Assembly (NCBI GenBank): GCA_046563655.1
Contig: CM102289.1
Span: forward strand, 4,030,001-4,094,000
Direction of reading: 5' to 3'
Origin: Yuukianura sp. NJ FZ-2021
Taxonomy: Eukaryota
Length of the DNA stretch: 64,000 bases
Shown here: positions 36,682 through 48,400 of the stretch, one piece after another
Layout of the letters: the number at the start of each line of letters is the position of its first letter
Position numbering within the stretch: the first letter of the stretch is position 1
Translations under genes and position numbers: made by a program
Notes under the pieces: generated by a model
The model's database searches: none
Seen by the model: the letters and a program-made list of their open reading frames with translations, nothing else
Told to the model about the DNA's origin: nothing

Positions 36682-39103
36682 TTATAGCTTTGTAATACAT
36701 ACAAGTTCATGCCTCAAATATTTATAGTCATCTTTCAAACACTGTTTTGAGCAGTATGAGCAGCGTCTGCATTTTCGACATTTTACGATGGTTGGTGTTT
36801 TACCGCATAGACGACATCTTGACGTCTGTCGTAGGTCTGAATGGAGAAAAAGTTGTTTCTCTGGATCAAAAACTTGAATCATGGGGACATCATCATCCGT
36901 AGTAATACGCAGGTAAGGATTAACAATACTAATGTTACATCCAAAACCTAGAACATTTTGAATCGTTTCCCTATTTATTGCGAAGTTAAAAATCGTTACC
37001 CTATGAGCATTTCCCTTCTCGTCTTCAACAACCAGTGGAACTCCAATACATCCAGTAACTGCATCTTCTATAATAGTTACCCTAAGAACAAATCCATCAT
37101 AGTTATGATCCCTGCTGGCTGTCATTTCAGCCAGCAAAATAGGTTTAAGGGCAAATAAATTTGTCTTTTTAGAGCAAGGTTCAGTAACCGTTGGATTAGG
37201 AACTACCACAACAACGGTATCACCCTGTTTAAATGTTTTCCATGTCTGCGACAAAACTTGTCGATGTCGAAGAATCACGAATTTCCGAATTTGGGAATTA
37301 CAACCGTTTGGTACCGGAGGTAGCCAAGCATCTTGGCGAAGTAAATCTAAAATTCCCTGAGGACAGACAAATCTTTTGAGTCGCCCGGATAAGACCTCCT
37401 TCTTCAGTTTTTCTTTAAAACCCTTATGGTTAAACGCATGAACTTTCTTCGGGCCAATCACCGTCAGAAAAGCACATCTATCCGCCTCCATCGTTGTACT
37501 TTTTTCGCAAACAGCAAAATTGAACCAGTTCCATGCATTTTCATTGTCACGTTCATTAGCATAGTGGCGAGCCAAGAGCTCTATGCATTGCAGGCTACTG
37601 TAGTATGCACCCAGCTTCCAAAGGTCAACGGCCATACCCAAGTCAACCGGCACTCCATCCCCGTTTCTATACATAATTCCCAAATTGTGACAGGATTCAT
37701 CAATTCCATGGGCAATAGCAGATTCATAATATTTGACACCCTTGTCAATATCTTTAGGAACTCCGACTCCTGTGGTGTACCATAATCCAAGGCAATGTTC
37801 TGCGTCTGCTTTTTTTGAATTTAAAAAGCGATGTCCATCTAAAGTCAACACGAGCTCCTGCGCAGCAGCTTTTTCCATTAGGCGCACTGCTTCAACCGCA
37901 TCAGACTTCATACCTTCGCCATTCATAGTTTTCAGAGCTAAGTGAAACAACCCGTAAGCTACGCCTTCAGCAGCCAGTTTACGACAAGTTTGAATGGTTT
38001 GATCTTCAGTTATTTCTTGACCTGACTCAGATTTGACTTTTTTCTTTTCGTCGGAGAGTTGTCGTTGAAAAATAATGTGCTTCACCCGGTCGCGGCATGA
38101 ACAAATATGCTTATTTTCCGGCTCATATTTCAACGCCGTTTCGTAATGCGTAAGGGCCTTAGTATATTTGGAGAGGCCTTCAAAGGCTTTTGCCAGTTTA
38201 TAGTACCCTTTGGCTGTTGGATGATGCAGCACTGATAACTTGGCGTCAGACTTTGCGGATTCGAATTTGTTTAAGTTTAGGTAAGCAGTACAGCGATTCA
38301 AGTATATCGTTGCTAGATCTTCTAACGAGCGTAGGCCAGGCAAGTTGATTGCCTCGGTGTACTTGGCTATGGCTTCTTCAAACTTCCCTTGCTTAAAAAA
38401 TGCATTTCCCGAATCCTTCAGTTCTGTTGACAACTCGCTGTTCTGATCTCCTACTGAGCTAAAACTGTAAAGTTTGATTTAAAACAAAAGCATTAAGCTT
38501 GGATTTCAGGACGTCGACAATCTAATAACTTCAATAAACCCACCTTTCTCTGGTTGGGCTTTCAACATTAGGTATTTGCTCAACGACGCGAAAAACATTC
38601 CTCTCGTCCAATTTCTCAGCGGCAACTCCAAATTTTCTGAGAATTGATGCAATTGCATTCCATTTCTTTCTGAATTCGTCATCAGAAATATCCACGCTTC
38701 CAATATGGGCTACTAGGTTGCGTTCGTTCTTTAAGAATCTTAAATCTTGTATATCACCAAGCTCTGCCGAATCATGTGACGATTTTAACGCGAGGAATTC
38801 GATTAATACATCAGCTAGTAGGGAAATGTCCCAGTTTTCCAAACTTCCCGAAAGGATGATGTTGCGCTGAATCTGTCTGTCCGCCTTGTATAGTCCTAAG
38901 GCGTCACCATAATTGGTAATGAAAAATTTCCCATCCGAAGCCGTATTCTCCCACTGAAGTCCCGTGGTGACTTTAAACAACTTTCTGAACTTTTCGCGAA
39001 GGCATTCTGCTCCTTCATTTTTCAAAAGCAATTCCAACTTGGTTGAATTTTGTAAGCGTACTGGGTAATAAACTTCAGAGTCACTTTCGCTCAATCTACT
39101 CAT
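36682..39103 (-). CDS. DZIP3-like HEPN - TPR - Sel1 - OB-like - zf-MYND protein, copy B (exons 39103-38544, 38464-36682)
   Basis: Paralog of copy A with the same intron phase and position; WDISLL, KNERNLVAH, TPR, Sel1 and MYND motifs intact. Confidence 0.85.
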
Positions 39104-40047
39104 TCTGTTCACAAAAATTGCGCATCAAATCTCTAAACAGTCGATTTAATAACACTGCCAGTTTCCAACAGACTTTGAAAAAATAACGAACGACCTTCAA
39201 AACTCTGACTAAATAAGCTGCAAAACAGTTGTTGGATTGAAGTAAATTGGAGTCTCTATAGTAGTCATCTTCGTGAGATAACTGTGTTCATCCAGATAAC
39301 AAACAAAACATCGTAAAAAAAATTGGCCAAACGTCATTTGTTACTAAATTCACACGCTATGGTTTTCCACGCTATGGTTTTCAAAATTTTTTTTGAAATT
39401 TTGTGCGCAATTAGAGAGTTCTTTTAGATAATCTAATCACCACTCGCTTTCTTGCTGCTGAGGCAAAAAAAATTTGAATTAGAAAATTGTCAAAGTCTAA
39501 AATACTTTTAGCCCACTATAATTATATACTGCTTACAAATAATTTTAATCTTCTCTGTGTCATGTTAGCATAATGTTACATTTTGCTCCGTTTCTGAGGA
39601 GAATTAATTTAACTTCAACTTTTATGAATAATCGCAATTTGTGAATGAACATTTTTTCAGTATGCAATATTCACCATACTCTACTTGAATAAATGTTGCC
39701 CCTAACCTTTCCTCAGTTGTTCAACTATTAGTTGACATTCTGTAGGCACCGGTGCAGTAAGGTGAGATTGAGTTTTAACGCAAGTGTCTTTTTTGTTCAC
39801 ACAGATTTCCTTTTATCATTTGCATAAAACTTTCTCCAATTATTCATTTACTGAAACAATTTGCTTTATTAAAGTCAACTATGGAGCAGTAAGCTTGTTG
39901 AGGGCGGATAAATTAAGACAAAAAATTAACTCAACCTTAACAAAAAAAACAAGTTGTTGTTTGGTAGAACACTATTTTGTTTGCTTTTTATGATACCCAA
40001 TCTTTCTGGATCTTTTTAGAATCAAGTTCGACTCAACTTATTGCAAT

Positions 40048-41540
40048 ATGCAAAAGTACCGAATTGAGGAATCGCGACGTGGCATTTTGTGTATAATATT
40101 TTTATTGTTTAATGGTAAGGAAACTTTTATTTTTTTTGCTTTCCTGTTATCTTTGTGAATAAAAAAAAATGGTTTATCCCGAATTCTTTAGTAATTGGCG
40201 CAATACAAACTAATTTCTCTTCACTACCAATTGAATGTGGCAAACAAGCGAATCTTGTGACGCTAAAAATTACTGGAGGGAAAGGTACAGTAAACTCTGT
40301 TTGTGCTAAATATTCACTCACTTCAGTGTTGTTTAGCAGAGGCGGAATACTTAGCGTGAACTAACGAGTATAATTCTTTTTTTACGTGTTAATTGTAATA
40401 AATGAAACGAACAATACGAGAAAAAACAGCAGAATGTTTAACGCAATTTTATATAATATATTTTAATAATTGTAAATGTTTTAGAGGCATCAGAAGGCGA
40501 ATTTCCATGGATGGTATGTGTATTTTTCAGAATCAGATTTAAGAGGACGCTATACAATTGTTGTAAATTTCTAATTTTCCGGTTTTTAGGTTGCAATATT
40601 TGACAGGAAAGGAAAACAGTTTTGCGGCGGCTCTCTCGTTACGACCGAGCATGTCTTGACGGCTAGCCATTGTTTTGCAACGTAAAATGAAATACTAGAA
40701 TCAATTGCGAAAGTATAATTTTCTAAGAAAATTAGGTAATGTAACTAAATCATTTTTTTGCATTGAAAAAGTATGCCAGTTTCAGAAACAGCTAAACTCA
40801 CCGTTAATATTGGAGATCACAATTTAAAAACCACAAAGGACACGAAACATGAAGTTCGAAAAGTCGAGAAAGTCTTAATACACAAGAAATTTGACACCAA
40901 GACGTATAATAATGATATTGCACTGCTGAAATTGGATAAACCAGTTATTTTCAGTCCTACTGTTCAACCCATTTGCCTACCCATGACAGCTGAAACTAAT
41001 GCCGACAGAACTCTCGCTGGAAAAGTGGCAACTGTTGCTGGTTGGGGGCAGTTGACCAGTGGCATTTTCGGTCTTACTTCCAATGTGCTGAGGAAAGTGG
41101 AAATACCAATTTGGAAATACGCAGAGTGCAAAAGGATTTACGACAGATTTGCTCCTGGACGACTTGCCTTGACGCAGTTATGTGCTGGAGATGGAAAGAA
41201 AAACAAAGATGCATGCATCGTAATTATATATAAAAAAAAAATGAAATTAAACTGAACATTCCGAATGCAAAAAATTTCAGTTTAAGATACTCGTTTTTAA
41301 ATTAGGGAGACAGTGGCGGCCCGCTTATGGTTATGGATACTGCAAATTCTCAAGTAGTTCAGGTAAGTTGATTTGTAATATTAATTTTGAAAAATATACC
41401 TGCTTTTTTTTAGAGATGTAACTTTACAATTATGATTTAAGGTTGGAATTGTGTCTTGGGGAAAGGGGTGCGGGTCGTTTCCAGGGGTTTACACCGATAC
41501 AAGGAAATTCATGGACTGGATTCTAAAAAATATTCGATAA
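40048..41540 (+). CDS. Trypsin-like serine protease, 7 exons (40048-40114, 40192-40284, 40485-40513, 40590-40681, 40772-41219, 41306-41362, 41442-41540)
   Basis: Activation site K|ITGG, FPWMV, CGGSL, TASHC, DIALL and DACIGDSGGP: complete catalytic triad with Asp in S1. The first exon is the least certain. Confidence 0.92.
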
Positions 41541-41668
41541 GGATTCTTTATTACTTTCTAACTTTTCTAAACTCAATTTTTGCAATCAAATATTTTAAAT
41601 TTATCCAACCCAAGTGTCAAAATGAAGAGTAAAGATTACAGTGTCGAGTGAAAGCACTTATAAAATAC

Positions 41669-42007
41669 TTATTTGCCACCAGAATACACCTGAACGCCAT
41701 TGATGCACCCAAACCCGACATTGTAACACGGTGTGCCTGGCGCAGTACAGCACGGCACCCATGACGCTTGAGCTCGATTCCCCTGAATAATCAGACGCCC
41801 ATTATTGTCCTCCATTCCACAAAAATCTCCAACTGGGACACACTGAAAACGAAAAATAAGGAAGAAAGTGCACAGTATTATTGCAAAATTTGACGCATTT
41901 TACCTTTTTATTGTTCTTCTCAAGATTAGAACATTCTAACTTACTTTGTCGGCAGTGGCCTCAAAAATAAAAACCAGCAGGGCGAAGAAAAGTAGAAATT
42001 GTCTCAT
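41669..42007 (-). CDS. 78-aa secreted knottin/ICK-like peptide (exons 42007-41945, 41842-41669)
   Basis: MRQFLLFFALLVFIFEATADK|CVPVGDFCGMEDNNGRLIIQGNRAQASWVPCCTAPGTPCYNVGFGCINGVQVYSGGK*. Signal peptide, GTAAG...TTTTCAG intron, C-C-CC-C-C pattern and TATAAA near 42101-42106. Confidence 0.8.
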
Positions 42008-42764
42008 TTTTGCTCAAAAACTCTTTTTGTATCGTTTTCTTTTCCGGTCCTTTCTAAACAAATTTTCTAATTTGGCAAGTAATGCTAGTTGCCTGGTGTA
42101 TTTATACAGTTAAATAAAATTGTATTTATTCCAATGTAATTGACTTAATTGTAGTTAATTTTGGCTTTTATTTTCAAATCGAAACCTCACCAACAGTTAG
42201 TAATATACATTAACTAAAACAGAATTTGAAACTTGCATGGGAAGCTTTCAGCAAAAAAAAAAAAACATTAATTTTGTGGCAAAACGTAAATTTTACCTCT
42301 TAACACCACGTTTGAGAAAAGAACCGCAGGAAATTAGAAGTAGAAAGCAATATATTTATATATCAGCATTAAATTTCTACGACGAATTTGGTAGTGCGCC
42401 TAAAAAAAAATCTCCGAAGCGGTGAATGGATTAAAGTGATTGAGGTAAATCATTCTCTCAACCACAAAACAGAGTCATTGACATTTATAATTAAAGATGC
42501 AAGCATACAGAGACAAACATGCTAATGAAAGTGGACACATTAATACAATTACGCAAGTCGCAGAACGATTTGTACAATGCATTTGCGTGGTAAAGCTACT
42601 GATTGCCTTTCATCATCTGTCATGTCTATCAACTCTTATTTAATTTGGAATGTACAACACTTCTAATCCTAACTATGTGGAGACTCTTAGATTGTGACAG
42701 TCGCTCGTTCACAAAACCTTGATTAAATTTGCTTTTGAAACTTCATCAATGGAAAAAACAAAAT

Positions 42765-44157
42765 TTACTGCGCAAGTAGAATGTTTACAACAGCTTGAAA
42801 GATGATCTCAAATGCGACTAGTTCAGCGGTGCGCCCAATAGCATAAACGGATCCGATTCTACACTGGATTGGTCGAAACGCCTTCGACTCCAATTGGAAT
42901 TCGGCTCTACGTGATTGATGCAATTCTGTTATCTTGTGCTTGTTTCCCCTCTGGATCCTTTGTGACAACTTGAAAATGTGTGTCATCTGATTCAGGAAAG
43001 TTGAGTAGAGAGGCACGACAATTATGGTTGCCAGGATTAAGTACATCCAGGTCAACAGATTCATGTGCGAGTGAAACTTGATTACACTTACGGTAGTAAA
43101 AATAATAAAATATGTACACACAAATTGAAACGACGGAATGAAAATTTTTGCAATGGCAATGTTGTGTAAGTTGTTCAATAGATACAAACAACGCTGAACG
43201 AGAAAACTCGAGTTTTCAAGAGCAGCGTGTCTCGGTTGCTTCCTTTTCCCACTAATAAGCGAAAAAATAGTGTATTAAAAAATTCATTGAACTTCAAAAA
43301 AATTTTTTTGCTGATTTTTTGTTTTAGTTCTTCCTGTTTAATCTTCCTTTCCAATCTTACGGAAACATTAATTGTGTTTACCTGAGTTTGGTCATCCAAA
43401 ATTTGATCGTGAACGATGTCACAAGAAACACATTGCACAAATAAATGAAGCAGTAGAATAGTTCAACTTCCATGAGAAACGAAATGATGGAAAAAATTAT
43501 GAGACTTATTATCGGTGATGCGCTTGCGCCTACGTCATGTTCATAAGCAGCTTTTGCGGCCGTCGGTGAGTAATTCACCAAGTAATAATAGAATATGAAC
43601 ATTAAAGGCTCAATCCAGGAGCAACAAAGCATTTCGGCATTAAACATGAAAAAACTAAACCCTCGTAATTTATGTTTTCGGTAGCGTTCATTCAAATATT
43701 TTATCCCTGGAATTACATAAGGCTTTAATTCTTTTTTCAAAAAAATTACTTTATTTTATATTATGGACTTCCAATTTCTAGTAGCATTGTTTTGCTCACC
43801 AAATTTTTTGTTCATGTCTATTACTTGGTTTAAAAGCACTGTAGTCTCTTCTATATAGTTCCAAGTTCCATATTTTAGAAGAATTCCTGCTGGTGGCAGT
43901 GCTAAAATGAGGGAAGTCGTAACGAGATGTGCCTTACTATTCGCTTCGTCACTGTTCCAGTAGTGCAATATCCAAGAAATGTTGAATAAAAACGGTACAG
44001 CGGTTAAAATGCCAGTGAAGATCCACCAATGTTTTTGAAATACAGATTTTCTTGGAACAAAGATTGTACCGTTGACGCAGTCAAGCGGGACTCCCCGAAT
44101 GACTTTTAATATTTTAAATGTTGCAAGCAAGGTCCACTCTTCTAGTTTTGTAAGCAT
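42765..44157 (-). CDS. Gustatory-receptor-like chemoreceptor (exons 44157-43800, 43730-43382, 43251-42765)
   Basis: In-frame splicing gives a multi-TM protein ending RPIQCRIGSVYAIGRTAELVAFEIIFQAVVNILLAQ, a GR-like last-helix region. Confidence 0.72.
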
Positions 44158-45434
44158 TTTGTTCTTGTGTAAACCTAGTTTTCCGCGAAGAAGTCAACTA
44201 CCCAGTTTCCTTTAGCTTTCTGAACAAACTTCCAGAAAAATGACTAGGACTACTAAAGTTAGTATTTGAAGTGAACTAGATGGTGTTGCTTATAAAGTTA
44301 ATGTAGAGCAGGACTTAAAGAAATAATCAAATTTACGATTCACGAGCTCGTTGAAATGCGCGAGGAAAGAATTCTCTTGGCGATTTTTTCATTAAGGCTA
44401 CCATTCATTTTCCATTCAGCAACATAATGAAACGATAGTGAGGGGTTTGATTAAAAATAAGAGAATCTTTCATTAATCTCTGACTTAAGATAATCAATCG
44501 AAGAAGCAAAGGAGTGTCCTGAAAAAAAGTATTAGAATTTTCCGAGACGGAAATATACTAGATTGAAATCATATTTATCTAGGACATTTAAAGACCAAAT
44601 TGTGTAAGTAAAGTGAATTTGAACATTATTTAATTTTTTTGAAATCTGATATCGCAGCGACGGAAATGTCAAGATCTCAGATCTCGGATTTTCAAGAAAC
44701 TAATGTAAACACCAACTCAGAATCAATGCGAAGATGTAATTTCCCAAAAAAACAAAATCTCCAAAAATTTTATCGTCAAAATTTTCAAAATTTTGAAATT
44801 TTGTTCCAAGGTTCCTATTCTCTGAATACGAATGGCCATAGAAAGTCTACAATCTCTGAAAGTTAGTTCAAAATCGTACGTTTGGTCGCACTGTTGGAAA
44901 TTTTTACGCTTGGACAGACGCCAGAAGTGTGCAATTTCAAAATTATTCTAAAAACTAACTCGTGTCGAAGCAGAAGCTTCAAGGTCACACATGCTCCCAA
45001 AAAATTTTAAAAGCAAATCGGTTTTCAAAATTCTTAACAAAAATACTGATTTTGAATTTCAAATTTAGCCAAAACTGCTTAGTATACAGAGCAGACACAT
45101 TTACTAAAAATGTTTTTTAACTTTTCAGATGTAAACACTATAGTAGAAAACTTCAACTTGGAATACTTATTTTTGATGAATTTTTTGAATTTTATATAAG
45201 ACAAAAAACACAGATGACATAATTTTCAAGTTAAACACACGCCATCCGCCAAGGCCATGCGCGGTACATGAATCTTTGGGAAACAAACGAACAAAGCGAC
45301 AAAGAGTTTAACGCAATGAGAGCCATTAGAAATCGAAATGTCAAATTTTTGAAATGTCTGATTTTAATGAGCGAAACGTTTTGATTGGTTCATTTTCACT
45401 TTGGATTTTGAAAATAAATTTAAAAGCTTCCAAA

Positions 45435-48400
45435 TTAAACACATCGGTAGAATACTTCCAAGTACTTCGAAGTACCCCAGCATGGATCTGCACCGTAAGG
45501 GCTCACGTCGGATACAACCTCGCAAGATGTCTTCCCGTCACAACTAAACATCAAACAAAACAAATTAAGTTAACTTCAATTAACTTTAATTAAAACTCGT
45601 TTTTTAAAACTTACTTTTGCATAATGACCGAGATTGTGCCAGGATTAGTTGCACTTCCACAACTGGTGTCCAACATTCTTCCGCTTGGGCAGATTTTGTC
45701 GCTCAAACGCCCAAAGTTGGCCCAAATGACTTCAATCTTTTTAGCACCGCAGCTGATCGTCGCCTTCTTTCCTTCACCGCACAAGAAAAACGCATTTTCT
45801 CCAAGCGCCGGAGCTACAGCAAGCTTTGTTGAAACTCTCAAACCGAGGAGGCTCGATTCGGCTGTGCTGCGTGCAATCTCAAACCGCGTCATCTGCGCAG
45901 CAATAGCTTTCTTCGTCGCCTGGACACCAGTGATGAGAGCTTGGTTAGATTTTTCCAAATCCTGTTTGGCTTGAGCCAATTCTCTCTGAGAAATTTCAAG
46001 AGCGTCCTTGACCTGTTCGGCAACAGCAACTGCTTGGTCTAGTTCTTTCTGCGTGGCATAAACTTGGTCTTTGGTTTGTTCCAAATCGTTCGTCACATCA
46101 ATCACCTCGGCCTTTGAATTGGACAGCTCAATTTTGGTTTCTGCAAGTTCAGCTTCAGAGCTTGCTAGATCGTCAGCGACCCTCTGCAGCTCCAATTTTG
46201 TGTTTTCCAGCTCAGCGTCAGTAGCGGCTGCTGCTTGTTGCGCTGTCTCAAAGTTGTCGCTCACATTCTGAAGTTCGACTTGCGTCATCTCGAGTTCCGA
46301 AGTGGTGCGAGCGAGTTCTGAATTTGCAAAGTCCAAAGCGTCTGTGACATTTTGCAACTCCTGTTCCAAGTTGAGCAAGTCATTGGCACACTGGCTTTCT
46401 TCAGAGGGATCAGAAGGTGTTTCTGGAGTTGGCTCTTCCGGAGTTGGCTCTTCCGGAGTAGGCTCCTCTGGAGTTGGCTCTTCCGGAGTAGGTTCTTCTG
46501 GAGTAGGCTCTTCTGGAGCAGGCTCCTCTGGAGTTGGCTCTTCTGGAGTTGGCTCTTCTGGTGTTGGTTCTTCTGGTGTTGGCTCCTCTGGAGTTGGCTC
46601 TTCCGGAGTTGGCTCTTCTGGTGTTGGCTCCTCTGGAGTTGGTTCTTCTGGAGTTGGCTCCTCTGGATTTGGCTCTTCTGGAGTTGGCTCCTCTGGATTT
46701 GGCTCTTCTGGAGTTGGCTCTTCTGGAGTTGGTTCTTCCGGAGTAGGCTCTTCTGGTGTTGGTTCTTCCGGAGTAGGCTCCTCTGGTGTTGGTTCTTCCG
46801 GAGTAGGTTCTTCTGGTGTTGGTTCTTCCGGAGTAGGCTCCTCTGGTGTTGGTTCTTCCGGAGTAGGTTCTTCTGGTGTTGGTTCTTCCGGAGTTGGCTC
46901 TTCCGGAGTTGGCTCTTCTGGAGTTGGCTCTTCCGGAGTTGGCTCTTCTGGTGTTGGCTCCTCTGGTGTTGGCTCCTCTGGAGTTGGCTCTTCCGGAGTT
47001 GGCTCTTCCGGTGTTGGCTCTTCCGGTGTTGGCTCCTCTGGAGTTGGCTCTTCCGGAGTTGGCTCCTCTGGAGTAGGCTCCTCTGGAGTAGGCTCCTCTG
47101 GAGTTGGTTCTTCTGGAGTTGGTTCTTCAGGCGTTGGCTCTTCTGGAGTTGGCTCTTCCGGAGTTGGCTCTTCTGGAGTTGGCTCTTCCGGAGTTGGCTC
47201 TTCAGGTGTTGGCTCCTCTGGTGTTGGCTCCTCTGGTGTTGGCTCCTCTGGTGTTGGCTCCTCTGGAGTTGGCTCTTCCGGAGTAGGTTCTTCTGGAGTA
47301 GGTTCTTCCGGAGTAGGCTCTTCTGGTGTTGGCTCCTCTGGAGTTGGCTCTTCCGGAGTTGGCTCTTCAGGTGTGGGCTCTTCTGGAGTTGGCTCTTCCG
47401 GAGTTGGCTCTTCAGGTGTTGGCTCCTCTGGTGTTGGCTCCTCTGGAGTAGGTTCTTCCGGAGTTTCTGGAGTTGGCTCTTCCGGAGTTGGCTCTTCTGG
47501 TGTTGGCTCTTCTGGAGTTGGCTCTTCCGGAGTTGGCTCTTCTGGAGTAGGTTCTTCTGGAGCAGGCTCCTCTGGAGTTGGCTCCTCTGGTGTTGGCTCT
47601 TCTGTAATTGGCTCTTCCGGAGTAGGCTCTTCTGGAGTTGGTTCTTCCGGAGTTGGTTCTTCTGGAATTGGCTCTTCTGGAGTTGGCTCTTCCGGAGTTG
47701 GCTCTTCTGGAGTTGGTTCTTCCGGAGTTGGTTCTTCTGGAATTGGCTCTTCCGGAGTTGGCTCTTCTGGAGTTGGTTCTTGCGGAGTAGGCTCTTCTGG
47801 TGTTGGTTCTTCCGGAGTTGGTTCTTCTGGAGTTGGTTCTTCTGGAATTGGCTCTTCCGGAGTTGGCTCTTCTGGAGTTGGCTCTTCCGGAGTTGGCTCT
47901 TCTGGAGTTGGTTCTTCCGGAGTAGGCTCTTCTGGAGTAGGTTCTTCCGGAGTAGGCTCTTCTGGTGTTGGTTCTTCCGGAGTAGGCTCCTCTGGAGTTG
48001 GCTCTTCCGGAGTTGGCTCTTCTGGAGTTGGCTCTTCTGGAGTTGGCTCTTCTGGAGTTGGCTCCTCTGGAGTAGGCTCTTCTGGAGTTGGCTCTTCCGG
48101 AGTAGGTTCTTCTGGAGTAGGTTCTTCCGGAGTAGGCTCTTCTGGTGTTGGTTCTTCAGTAGGCTCTTCCGGAGTAGGCTCCTCTGGAGTTGGTTCTTCC
48201 GGAGTAGGCTCCTCTGGAGTTGGCTCTTCCGGAGTAGGTTCTTCTGGTGTTGGTTCTTCCGGAGTAGGCTCTTCTGGTGTTGGTTCTTCCGGAGTAGGTT
48301 CTTCTGGAGTTGGTTCTTCCGGAGTAGGCTCTTCTGGAGTAGGTTCTTCTGGAGTTGGCTCTTCCGGAGTTGGCTCTTCCGGAGTTGGCTCTTCTGGAGT

